A stretch of 64,000 nucleotides of DNA from a virus. Every line of letters starts with the position of its first letter. Positions within the stretch are counted from its first letter, which is position 1. Under the pieces are notes generated by a model, which worked only from the letters and a program-made list of their open reading frames with translations, was not told where the DNA came from and did not search any database. This document shows, one piece after another, positions 27,096-36,035 of this stretch. The DNA lies in the IMG/VR virus record IMGVR_UViG_3300043607_000009, positions 441-64,440 of that record; one strand, written 5' to 3'. Position numbers and translations under genes: made by a program.

Positions 27096-27521
27096 CTATC
27101 GAACAATTTCCACATGCGGTGCGTCCAAGAACGTTTCTCCCGGATCTCGGCCGGCGCTTCGGAAGTCGCCGTCCCAATCGAGGCCGAAGCGCAACTTCGT
27201 GCCGCGGTCGAACGCGATAGCCTGTATGATGCCCATGATCCGGCCGAAAGCGATGTAGTCACTCCAATCTATGGCGCGCTTGTTCGCCTCGAAGTACACG
27301 GGGCCTATGTCCACGGCGACGGAAGGCATCTGGTTGTGCTTGCCCTCTGGCCAGTGGAGCTTCGTCTTGCCTTCGACGAACGCCTTCTCTTGCGCCACGC
27401 GACCGCGGAAGCCCTCGATCACCATGAACGGAACGATCCGAATCCCCTGGTGCAGGATGCTCACGAGCTCCGGATCGATCGAGCTGAGCTTCTCAAGATC
27501 GCTTGTAGTGAACTGCGGCAT
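27096..27521 (-). CDS. endolysin, peptidase M15 (L-Ala-D-Glu type)
   Basis: IEGFR...Q..SxH-like GKHN..AVD...GLDW...DAPHVE. Confidence 0.85.
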   Translation of the reverse strand: MPQFTTSDLEKLSSIDPELVSILHQGIRIVPFMVIEGFRGRVAQEKAFVEGKTKLHWPEGKHNQMPSVAVDIGPVYFEANKRAIDWSDYIAFGRIMGIIQAIAFDRGTKLRFGLDWDGDFRSAGRDPGETFLDAPHVEIVR

Positions 27522-27881
27522 TTACTTTTGATTCAGTGCCGCAAGTACCGACTCCGCCGTGCGTAGCTTTCGCTCGGCCGTGTCGAGGTCGAGTTGATCG
27601 CGCTGCTCCCAACACATCGGCCGTGGGGAGCAATTGTCCCGTTTGTAGCGCAGTGCCGAGATGCTAGTGACCAAGCTGTCGATCGTGCTCTCGGTGGAGA
27701 TCTTCAACGCTTCGTTGATGGGCGTGAGCTTCGCTTCCATCTTCTTGTCGATCTCACCGGCCAACGCGCGTTCGGCCAGTGGCGCAGCCATCGCCCACAC
27801 GGCCAGCAACGATCCCGCGACCGATGCGAGCGTCGAGAGCGATACCGTCAAACCCTGGTCCTTCGTCAATCGAACCCCCAC
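27522..27881 (-). CDS. membrane-anchored lysis-associated protein (holin/spanin candidate)
   Basis: N-terminal TM segment then coiled coil; lysis cassette position. Confidence 0.4.
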   Translation of the reverse strand: MGVRLTKDQGLTVSLSTLASVAGSLLAVWAMAAPLAERALAGEIDKKMEAKLTPINEALKISTESTIDSLVTSISALRYKRDNCSPRPMCWEQRDQLDLDTAERKLRTAESVLAALNQK

Positions 27882-27893
27882 GTTCGTATTCCT

Positions 27894-29111
27894 TTAAGGA
27901 ATGGTGTAGTTGAAGCGCCAACCGGCAGTAATGCCGCAGTCCGATCCGGTCATGCCCTCGAACGTGTTGTAGCCACTGCCGGTGTCCGGCAGCGCGCGAC
28001 GCAAAATGATTTGCGTGTTCGCCCGATCCGTAGTCGCGCTGCCGATCGCCTGCGTACCGCCAGTGACGATCGGAACGATCTGGTTGACCACGTTGCCGGT
28101 GTTGGCGGCTGGCAGACACACGGCCGGGATGTTCTTGAGCAAGATCTCATCGAGCGGACTTACGCTGATCGTTGCCGAAGAAGTCTGTCGGTACTGAAGT
28201 GAAACCCACGTTCCAGCGATGACCGTGTAGTTGATCGTGACATCTAAGAACGGAGCCCCGCCGGACTTCGTGATCCGGCACGTGAAGCTGCCAGTCACGA
28301 TGTCGGCAAGCTGCTTCGACACGCCATTGATCCGCGCGAAGACTGCCGCCACGGTGTTCCACAAGTCTCCATCCTCGAAGACGGTCGGTGCGGTCCCCAC
28401 ACCCAAGTTGAACCCGGCTCGTCCCGAAGCCGTGACGTTGGACGATCGCGCGTAGAATTTCGCTCCTTGAGTGGCGACTACGTTCTCGGTTCCGTCGTTG
28501 GCTACCGAGAACGCCGGAATCACGTCGTTCTCGAGATCGTTGGACATGTCGATGCTGTCGCTAACTACGAGCCTCAGCAGATCGTTGAACGAGAACCCAA
28601 GCGCCGAGCCGAACGCGAGCAACATGCCCGCGTTTGGGAGATTCGCGAACGAATAGCTAGGCGCGGTCGGATCACCATCCGGAGCGAGCAACGGGAACGA
28701 AGCCGATCCACCGGCCGGCGCCCACGTTCCATCCGCCCGCAGGAAGTTCGTGGTGCCGCCGCCCGATGCCGGTACGCCACCCCCAAGGATCGACGTGAAG
28801 GCGGTGATCAGTGCTGTGAGCTGCGCCTGCGTGAGATCTTGAGGCTTACCCGTGCCGGCGCCGGCCGCACGGCCCTTTACCGTCGCTTGCGCCATGTCCG
28901 CGAGGTTGGCATTCGTGACTGGCACGATCGCGGCAATCGCTGCGGCCGTCGCAGCGGGAACAATGACACCAGATGCTAACGTAACGAAGGCGCCACTCGT
29001 CGTTTGCTTGACGGCTCCGGCAACGCCTTGTGCGACCGGGACGAGCTCGTCGCCGGTCAGAGCGGTAGCCGCGGGGAGCGCAGCGATCGGGATACCTACT
29101 ACCGTAGCCAC
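27894..29111 (-). CDS. tail fibre-like protein
   Basis: IAALPAATALTGDELVPVAQ N-terminal anchor; TTNFLRADGTWA and PSYSF repeats. Confidence 0.65.
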   Translation of the reverse strand: MATVVGIPIAALPAATALTGDELVPVAQGVAGAVKQTTSGAFVTLASGVIVPAATAAAIAAIVPVTNANLADMAQATVKGRAAGAGTGKPQDLTQAQLTALITAFTSILGGGVPASGGGTTNFLRADGTWAPAGGSASFPLLAPDGDPTAPSYSFANLPNAGMLLAFGSALGFSFNDLLRLVVSDSIDMSNDLENDVIPAFSVANDGTENVVATQGAKFYARSSNVTASGRAGFNLGVGTAPTVFEDGDLWNTVAAVFARINGVSKQLADIVTGSFTCRITKSGGAPFLDVTINYTVIAGTWVSLQYRQTSSATISVSPLDEILLKNIPAVCLPAANTGNVVNQIVPIVTGGTQAIGSATTDRANTQIILRRALPDTGSGYNTFEGMTGSDCGITAGWRFNYTIP

Positions 29112-29112
29112 T

Positions 29113-29436
29113 CTAAACTCCTATCACAGTGAGGCCGACACCGGGTTCGACCTCGAGATACGTGAGCGTGCTCGTGCCAATCAGGAAGAGCACGGCGGTA
29201 TTGGGCGCCACGGTGTCGAGGGGCGTATCGGGGCGAACGAACGGAAGCGTGATGTCTTCCGTCTGCCGCGCCGGCAAACGATATGGATCGAGCTCGTCGA
29301 GATCCGGTCCGCACACCATGAGCCCCGGCGAGTTCGGGTCCGGCTGTAATTCCGCAAGCGGGAACTTCTGCGAACAGCGCGCACAGATGCCGATGCCGAA
29401 GGTTGGCTGGCCGGTGGGGTCGATGAAAATCGGCAT
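29113..29436 (-). CDS. conserved Cys-containing structural-region protein
   Basis: GICARCSQKF...LMVC...DELDPY...LPFVRPD. Confidence 0.6.
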   Translation of the reverse strand: MPIFIDPTGQPTFGIGICARCSQKFPLAELQPDPNSPGLMVCGPDLDELDPYRLPARQTEDITLPFVRPDTPLDTVAPNTAVLFLIGTSTLTYLEVEPGVGLTVIGV

Positions 29437-29437
29437 G

Positions 29438-29932
29438 TTACTTCGTGCTGGCGCGGTGCTTACCGCTCAAAATTTCAGAGACGTAGCCTTGGGTACAGCC
29501 AATCCTCTTCGCGATGTCTTTTTGGAACATTCCTTTCTTTCGTAGTGAACGTGCCTTCCTCACAGCACCATCCGTGATGTAAGTGCCACGATGATCCCCA
29601 ATGTTCTCAGCCTGAGTACCCCACCGAAGGTTAGAGAGTTTGCAGTTCGTCCTAGTTGAATCGGGGAAGTGTCGAGCCTTATACCCCTCCGAGGGCGGCC
29701 CAACGAATGTCCTGAGCACGAGATCATGTACGTAGCGCTTCTCGCTCTCCTTTCCATCCCGCAAAGATACCGCCGGGTAGCCCATGACTAGCGCAGGTTC
29801 CAAAACCTTTCCGGGCCAATGGCGCAGTCCATGAGGCCCTCCGACTGTACGTGGCAGCGATCTGACCCTACCTATGTTGCTTACTTCGTACATACCTTCG
29901 TACTTGAGAATCGCACGCCATTTCTCTGCCAT
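29438..29932 (-). CDS. NUMOD4-HNH-HTH homing endonuclease
   Basis: WRAILKYEGMYEVSNIGRVRS; VHDLVLRTFVGP..RH...NC.LSNL.WGT..EN; C-terminal HTH. Confidence 0.9.
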   Translation of the reverse strand: MAEKWRAILKYEGMYEVSNIGRVRSLPRTVGGPHGLRHWPGKVLEPALVMGYPAVSLRDGKESEKRYVHDLVLRTFVGPPSEGYKARHFPDSTRTNCKLSNLRWGTQAENIGDHRGTYITDGAVRKARSLRKKGMFQKDIAKRIGCTQGYVSEILSGKHRASTK

Positions 29933-29971
29933 GAGCTTCTCCGTTGCTGGATATTGCTCATAGTATACTAA

Positions 29972-31027
29972 CTAGCGAGTGTACATTCCGATTCTAGGCA
30001 TCAACGTAGTGCGCGAGCCATCGGACTGCCCGTCCCATGCTTTGAGCCACTCGCGCTCGCCAACACCATCGAGAGTCGCGGCAAGAGTCGGATCTACATC
30101 TTCGTCCGTGATCGCGAGATCTCCGGCGAGCCGTGCGACCATCGCCATGTACCACGACTGCGGTATCTCGAGCTCTTGAGAGAGTGAACCCACGTCTTGC
30201 ACGTAGCGGTGCACGTAGCAGACGAGTTGCCAGAACGTGTACGCCTCACCCGGCGCCGGCCACAAGCGCATGTAGGGCTGCGGGATCTGTTTGTCGTACC
30301 AATATTGAACGGGTCGGCCGAGGAATGATTTGTTCGGCAGATCCGAATATTGATCACGGTTGAGCGCCGCGCACGGGATCTCGCTCGGCATGTTCGCGAT
30401 CACGAATTCCGTGACATTCAGGATCGTGCCGTCGGTCGCTTGCAGGCGGAAGAACTCCCACGCCTGCATGCCCTCGATGTCCCACCACTGCCACTCACCA
30501 TCGACTACGGCGAGCTCTTCCGCGGTGTAGAAGGTCTCCCACGTTGCGCCGTCGTCAGAGCCTTGGACTTCGAAGCTCCACGTGCCAGTAGCATTTGGCA
30601 TCAAGCCGAAGTTCGTTGCCTGCGTCGCGCTCTCGAGCTCGAGGTCTATGTTGCCGTCCGGCAGCGTTTGGATGCACGCCGTTTGCAGATCGTTGTCGAA
30701 CGCATTTTCCGCGTCGCCTTCCGATGCCGACGCCGTACCGGAGAAGCGTTGGAGCTGCCGAAGGTTGACGTTCAAGAGATCGACGGAGCCTAGCGGCAGT
30801 GGCACCGAGAATGTGCCGGCGTAGAGCGGCAAGATTTCCTTCTGCACGGCCCACAATGCGATGCCGTTGTTCGCCATCGCGGAGAGCCGCAAGAAGAGAA
30901 TATCGAGCGCCGTCTGCACGCGCTCGGGGCCGAGCGCTTGGGGACGAATGCGGCAACGACGATAGGCTTCTTCGACGACCTTCCTAGTCTTGAAGACCGT
31001 CGTCGAAACTGTTCCGCTAGTGGGCAT
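29972..31027 (-). CDS. head-tail connector with inserted discoidin-like domain
   Basis: VVEEAYRRC..L..MAN.G..LW N-terminus; P.LWP.P...Y..Q...E.P..W C-terminus; central AFD...GSDDG.TW segment. Confidence 0.6.
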   Translation of the reverse strand: MPTSGTVSTTVFKTRKVVEEAYRRCRIRPQALGPERVQTALDILFLRLSAMANNGIALWAVQKEILPLYAGTFSVPLPLGSVDLLNVNLRQLQRFSGTASASEGDAENAFDNDLQTACIQTLPDGNIDLELESATQATNFGLMPNATGTWSFEVQGSDDGATWETFYTAEELAVVDGEWQWWDIEGMQAWEFFRLQATDGTILNVTEFVIANMPSEIPCAALNRDQYSDLPNKSFLGRPVQYWYDKQIPQPYMRLWPAPGEAYTFWQLVCYVHRYVQDVGSLSQELEIPQSWYMAMVARLAGDLAITDEDVDPTLAATLDGVGEREWLKAWDGQSDGSRTTLMPRIGMYTR

Positions 31028-31499
31028 CTCTCCTCCAATAAGATTCTAGGGCTACGCGCAATGGCGTATATTTTTTGATTGCCCGATAAACAGTATGACT
31101 ACAAACCCCCCAGCGGTTCGCTAGCTTGTGAATGGACTCAGTGGTATGCAAAGCCTCTGCGATTTGAGGCATTGTAAGACGACTTTTAGTAGCAGATCGC
31201 CCTTTAGCAGAGCGGTCTTTATTGTTTTCTGAGACCGTCCCTATAAAAAGGTGCTCCGGTCTAACGCACTTGGGATTATCACATTTGTGCAATACACACA
31301 TTCCCGCAGGAATGGCACCAAAATGAAGAATCCATGAGAAGCGATGTGCGCGAATATCCTTGCCGTTTAAAGTAGTTTTTCCCTTTCCGCCGTGGCACAA
31401 CGCCGCAGCCCATTCCCAGCAATTTTTTGTTTTGCGGACATGAGTCCAGAAGCGATGCGCTTCAGAAGGGCTTACCACAGCCGCATTCAGGCACAGCAC
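31017..31499 (-). CDS. HNH homing endonuclease (paralogue of 9268-9741)
   Basis: AGGAG SD + GTG 31499; RFW..V.K..CW.W..AHR.SW..VLHKCDNPKCVRPEHLF.GT. Confidence 0.88.
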   Translation of the reverse strand: MLCLNAAVVSPSEAHRFWTHVRKTKNCWEWAAALCHGGKGKTTLNGKDIRAHRFSWILHFGAIPAGMCVLHKCDNPKCVRPEHLFIGTVSENNKDRSAKGRSATKSRLTMPQIAEALHTTESIHKLANRWGVCSHTVYRAIKKYTPLRVALESYWRRDAH

Positions 31500-31584
31500 G
31501 CACCTACTCCTATAAGAAGAAAAGCGCCTACTCTTGCCAGCGGGCCCGACAGGGGGGTGTACTACTTGAAAACCGGACCCGAAC

Positions 31585-32214
31585 TTACTTGCGGCGCATC
31601 TTACCCGAAGGCGCACACATCGTGCCGCCCTTCTTCGCTTTGACCGGGCCGCCGATCGCGCGTTTCGTTTTGCCGCCGCTCTTGAAGCCAGGACGCAGCG
31701 GCGTGCGGCCCCCCGACTCGGCATCAAGCTCGTTGGTCGGCTTCGAGCGACGCTCGAGCGCAGAGCCCTCGTCCAAGTCGTTCGAGTACACGATGCCGCC
31801 TTTCGCGTAGGCACGCCCCTTCGGTTTGGCGACGCCGCCGCGCGCGAGCCCGTTCTCGCGCATGCGCTTCTCGAGCGCGACTTGGCCGACGCCCTTCAAG
31901 CCACTCAGCGGACCTGCGGGTGCCGGTGCCGGTGCCGCCGCAGGCGGCGGCGTGTGATCCTGCATGATCGGGATCGACGCCCTCGTGTCGTTGTAGTCGT
32001 CCACGAGCTTTTGTTCTGCCGGTGTGCGCATGCTCGGACGCTTGTCCAAGATCTTCGCGATCGACGACGGCACGGAGCCTCCTTCGGCGAAGCGAAGCGG
32101 GCGAGCGCGCTCGTGCGATTTGACCGTCGTCGTAGCACGATCGGCGGACGAGCCGGTGAAGCCGAAGTCACTCGGAAACGAGAAGTTATCGACGTACTTT
32201 ACGCCCATGTTCAT
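31585..32214 (-). CDS. basic putative internal head protein with six xxxGG motifs
   Basis: GAGG SD + ATG 32214; FAEGG, LARGG, YAKGG, FKSGG, AIGG, AKKGG. Confidence 0.6.
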   Translation of the reverse strand: MNMGVKYVDNFSFPSDFGFTGSSADRATTTVKSHERARPLRFAEGGSVPSSIAKILDKRPSMRTPAEQKLVDDYNDTRASIPIMQDHTPPPAAAPAPAPAGPLSGLKGVGQVALEKRMRENGLARGGVAKPKGRAYAKGGIVYSNDLDEGSALERRSKPTNELDAESGGRTPLRPGFKSGGKTKRAIGGPVKAKKGGTMCAPSGKMRRK

Positions 32215-32219
32215 TTCCT

Positions 32220-32315
32220 CTAGTTGAGGGTATAAGACCAACTGTTGGCGGAGGCCGCGCCGGTGAACCCCGCGCTGCGCGGAAACTTGAAGTCTTTGAC
32301 GTACTTGACAGCCAT
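32220..32315 (-). CDS. 31-aa peptide paralogous to the N-terminus of the downstream gene
   Basis: MAVKYVKDFKFPRSAGFTG vs MGVKYVDNFSFPSDFGFTG; ATG immediately after tail-fibre stop. Confidence 0.5.
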   Translation of the reverse strand: MAVKYVKDFKFPRSAGFTGAASANSWSYTLN

Positions 32316-32316
32316 T

Positions 32317-34353
32317 TTAGCGTGCCTCCAACTCTTCTACTCGAGCTTTCAGTTCCTTGACACTGTTAACCAATGCCGCGATGATCGCACGATCATCGAC
32401 GGACCGTAGCCCGTCAGCCCCGTGGCCTACGGCTTCCGGAAAAGACTCCTCAAGATCTTGAGCCGAGAATGCCGCGTAGTCATTCTTGGTTTGGTCTAGT
32501 CCTGACTCTTTCGTGTACCCGAAGAGGATGGGATCAATAGTCTCTACCTCCTTAAGACCTTTACGGTACGGGCGGATGTTGCGTTTCACCCGCTCATCTG
32601 AGACCGCCGTAAGATTGCCGCTTGCGTCTGACGTGATAGCGCCTGACCCGTAACCGACGAACTGTACCCCAGTACTAGCTGACTTAGAGCCATCGAGTGC
32701 GATACGTTGCGTACCGCCGGACTGAATTCGAATGATCCCCGTACCCCCGCTCGACGCGATGAGGTCTACCGCGCAGCCCGCCCCCTGACAAGTGACCCCA
32801 ACATTACCTCCATTTCCCCCTCCCGCCCCTTGTCCACTCCGAATGGTGATAGAGCCCCCAGTTCCAGAGGTAGTCGCCGATCCAGCATCAATTAAAATAT
32901 TCTTCCCGTTGCCACTAGATACTGTACCTACGGTGATCGTACCTCCGCCGCCGGTAGTTACCCCATCTGTTCCGAGTTGAAGAGTGCTCGTACCTGCATT
33001 TCCGGCTCCTACTGTTGTTGAAGTATTCACCCCGCTCTCGGCGTACGTGAACCGGGAGCTTCCAGTCAGCGCGTTGGCCCCACTCCCAAACCCGACCTGT
33101 GTAGAAGTGAGCGCCGCTCCGCCGGCACTGTACGGCCCTACAGTCGCGCCGTTGATCCGCGCGAATAGTCCGGCTGTCGTAGTCCAAACATCGCCGTTGA
33201 CGGGAGACGTAGGAGCGGTACCGGCTGGAACGTTGAGCCCTGCCCCGCCGGTGGCTGAGGCTGGTGTCTGAACTAGTCCCGTAGTGGTTAGAGTTCCGTT
33301 GATCGTCAGGGCGTTGGTATCGAACCGACCAAAGATGAGAGGAGTTGTCGTGTTCGAATTGTCAATGTAAAGACGGCTGCTATTCGTCTCCTGATTTCCG
33401 GCCTCAGCCCCGATAAATACTGAACGATCGCCGTTGTAGGTACTAGACCCGTCGACTCCTGATCCGATGATTACGTTACCGTTACCGTCGATGATCGAGG
33501 TTCCTGTGGCCCAACCTACGAGGGTATTGTCTATTCCATGTCGAAGGGCCAGTCCCGACTCCTCACCAAGAGCGATATTCTGCCCGCCGTCTGCATTGGC
33601 AACCTCGGCCAATGAGCCCATGCCGGCCCTTGATCCGATATAGAGTGAATCGTACCCTCTGTTGAATTGCCCCGCCTGCGTTCCAATGAGCACGAGATCG
33701 TTCGAGTCAGTCGTCGCATTACCGGCGAGCGCGCCTATAGCAAGAACGCCATGTCCAGTCGTCTGTGATGTCAGCGCCCCATCGCCGATCCCGACATTCA
33801 GTGTACCCAGCCCTCCGAAAGTGGGGTTGGTCAGGTTGGTCAATGATGGAGGCTTCTCGGTGCCTAGATAAATAGATCCAGAGCGTACGTTCGAAGCCGC
33901 GGTATAGTTCGCGCCGTCAAGCACCGGCGTGAATCCGGCCTGTCCGTTGGCATTAGGGATCTGGAGAGTGCCGTAGGTCGGTGCAGAAGTTCCGGACTTG
34001 AGCCCGAGTTGATATGCCCCGTAGACGTTGAGGGCATCCGTTGAAGAACTGTAGTTGAACGCCGCCTCAGCCCCGAACGCTCCAGCGTTGTTGTACTGGA
34101 CTTGCGTCGTTGACCCGGCTGGAGTTCCGCCCGCCGCCTGGAAAGTCGGCGCCGAGCCTGCGCCGTTCGACGTGAGCACTTGCCCCGACGTGCCAGGTCC
34201 GGCGCCGCCGAACGACGTGCCGTTGAGCTTGAACTGCGTCGAGTTGGTCGCGCCTCCCGGTAATCCGGTGCCGCTCTGTTGCGCCGTGACGTAGGTTACG
34301 GCTGCGGCCGCGATGAGGATCGCCGCAGCGATAACACCGATGTACTTCTTCAT
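32317..34353 (-). CDS. tail-fibre/adhesin-like protein with C-terminal peptidase S74 chaperone and N-terminal signal-peptide-like segment
   Basis: SDERVKRNI...AQDL...P.AV...AALVNSVKEL; N-x-x-IG..AG repeats. Confidence 0.8.
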   Translation of the reverse strand: MKKYIGVIAAAILIAAAAVTYVTAQQSGTGLPGGATNSTQFKLNGTSFGGAGPGTSGQVLTSNGAGSAPTFQAAGGTPAGSTTQVQYNNAGAFGAEAAFNYSSSTDALNVYGAYQLGLKSGTSAPTYGTLQIPNANGQAGFTPVLDGANYTAASNVRSGSIYLGTEKPPSLTNLTNPTFGGLGTLNVGIGDGALTSQTTGHGVLAIGALAGNATTDSNDLVLIGTQAGQFNRGYDSLYIGSRAGMGSLAEVANADGGQNIALGEESGLALRHGIDNTLVGWATGTSIIDGNGNVIIGSGVDGSSTYNGDRSVFIGAEAGNQETNSSRLYIDNSNTTTPLIFGRFDTNALTINGTLTTTGLVQTPASATGGAGLNVPAGTAPTSPVNGDVWTTTAGLFARINGATVGPYSAGGAALTSTQVGFGSGANALTGSSRFTYAESGVNTSTTVGAGNAGTSTLQLGTDGVTTGGGGTITVGTVSSGNGKNILIDAGSATTSGTGGSITIRSGQGAGGGNGGNVGVTCQGAGCAVDLIASSGGTGIIRIQSGGTQRIALDGSKSASTGVQFVGYGSGAITSDASGNLTAVSDERVKRNIRPYRKGLKEVETIDPILFGYTKESGLDQTKNDYAAFSAQDLEESFPEAVGHGADGLRSVDDRAIIAALVNSVKELKARVEELEAR

Positions 34354-34631
34354 TGTTGCCCCTCCGGAGGATCTTGATCGTCGTTTTCACCGCCCTCTTC
34401 CGCGGGGGGCGGAGTCGGGAAAATCTGTTCGCCACACTCGGTGACGGGCTCGAGTTGCCATTCGTCGGTGCGATCGACGGGCATCTGCGTGAGGTACGGA
34501 ACTCCGTTGTCGTCGATGACGGTGGCGCGGAGCTCGTTGTTCACCCACAGGAACGAGAGTGCGAGGTAGCAAGCGTCCTTCGTGACGGAGCCGCCCTCGC
34601 CTCTGCCGACATACTTCAACTTCGTGATCAT
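34350..34631 (-). CDS. hypothetical protein
   Basis: AGGAGG SD, ATGA overlap. Confidence 0.55.
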   Translation of the reverse strand: MITKLKYVGRGEGGSVTKDACYLALSFLWVNNELRATVIDDNGVPYLTQMPVDRTDEWQLEPVTECGEQIFPTPPPAEEGGENDDQDPPEGQQ

Positions 34632-34966
34632 GAAACGGCGCCTCCTTGGACGATGCGCAAGATTGTTTGGTCGGCCGGATCGCCCACGGCGGTCTGGCGT
34701 ATTCGAAATGCTCGCAAGGGCTCGTCGAACGTTGCCGTTGCATCGGCCACTGCGTTCTCCATGCCGGCGACCGCGTTCCACTCGGAGCTCCCGGCGTTGG
34801 GATCATATCCCACGGCCCAGATGTCGTCTTGCGTCCACTCGACGGTGTACGTCGGCGTGCCCGTGATCTTGGTCTGCAAGCTCACCGAGAACGGGTTCAG
34901 ATAGATGTCTACCGGAATGACGGCCGAGTCTGCGACGCCAACGACTGTCTTGGTGATCGGACGCAT
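34628..34966 (-). CDS. small virion protein
   Basis: IPVDIY..FSVSL..G..TYTVE.T.DD; structural cluster. Confidence 0.55.
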   Translation of the reverse strand: MRPITKTVVGVADSAVIPVDIYLNPFSVSLQTKITGTPTYTVEWTQDDIWAVGYDPNAGSSEWNAVAGMENAVADATATFDEPLRAFRIRQTAVGDPADQTILRIVQGGAVS

Positions 34967-35015
34967 GTGCTCTCCTCGAGAAGGAGGGGGAGTGGAAGTC
35001 CTCCCCCGCCGAACG

Positions 35016-35984
35016 TTACGCCGGGTCTGCGGACGTGAAGCCCGCCGAGCTCGCGTTGCCGTACCAGTTGTCGCCGGCCCCGCCCACTCGATACCCGCCC
35101 GCGATCGAGTAGGTGCCCGAGAGATTGTTGCGCGTGACTTGGTTCGTCCCGGTGCCTCCGGTGAGGTCGATACCTCCGGTGTTGCCGCCCGACACGGTGA
35201 ATGCGCCGAAGGAATTTCCCCGGATGAGGAAGTTCAGCGCAGGCATCGTGATCTGGTTGGTGTTCGCCGCGAAGAAGTTGTCGTGGATGAACCATTGGTT
35301 GCACTGGATCGCCGCCAACATTGCGTAGGTCATGTTGTCGAACTGCGAGTAGCCAACCTCGACGTTGAACGGGATCTCCGTGAAGAGCCCCGCGACGCCA
35401 CCGCGAATGCCGATGCCGGCGCCGCTGAACCGCATGCCCAAGAACTGAGCATGCGATGCGTCGCGCTCGAGATCTCCCGCGCCGGCATTCCTCACGATCT
35501 CCACGCACGCGGCGTTCGCATCGACCGCCGTAAACAGGAAGTTAGAGAAGCGCCAACCTTGCTGAAGAACTCGAAGCGAAGCCGTAGCCGCAGTCAGCCC
35601 CGTCGCGCTCCATTGAGATGCGGCGTACTGGCCCCCGACCGGCGTCGCGTCCGCGTGGCGCGGACGATTGCCGAGGCCGTTGATCCATACGTCGAACACG
35701 TTCACCGGGGTCACGAGCTGTTCGTTGATCTTCCCCCGGAAGTTGATCACATCGCCGGAGCTGAGCGTTTGGAACGCTCGAGCCATGGTCGCGAAGGGCG
35801 TCTGCGGCGAGCTTCCGTCGTTGCCGTTGCCGCCGTAGACCGTATCCACGAACCAAGTGTTGCCGATGACGCTGATCGCGCCAACTGACTTGCCTGGTGC
35901 GCCGCTCGCGACCCGACCCGGACCGCCCCCGAAGAGGGGGATACCGAACGACGTTAGTCCGTTCGGAAAGTTGGTCGTAGTCAT
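35016..35984 (-). CDS. beta-helix head spike / decoration protein
   Basis: MTTTNFPNG N-terminus; WFVD...GNDGSS..PFATM..A...GDVI pectin-lyase-like start; directly after MCP. Confidence 0.65.
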   Translation of the reverse strand: MTTTNFPNGLTSFGIPLFGGGPGRVASGAPGKSVGAISVIGNTWFVDTVYGGNGNDGSSPQTPFATMARAFQTLSSGDVINFRGKINEQLVTPVNVFDVWINGLGNRPRHADATPVGGQYAASQWSATGLTAATASLRVLQQGWRFSNFLFTAVDANAACVEIVRNAGAGDLERDASHAQFLGMRFSGAGIGIRGGVAGLFTEIPFNVEVGYSQFDNMTYAMLAAIQCNQWFIHDNFFAANTNQITMPALNFLIRGNSFGAFTVSGGNTGGIDLTGGTGTNQVTRNNLSGTYSIAGGYRVGGAGDNWYGNASSAGFTSADPA

Positions 35985-36035
35985 AGAACCGTATCTCCTC
36001 TGGAAGTTTTAGACGCCGTGCGGGGAACCGAGGTC

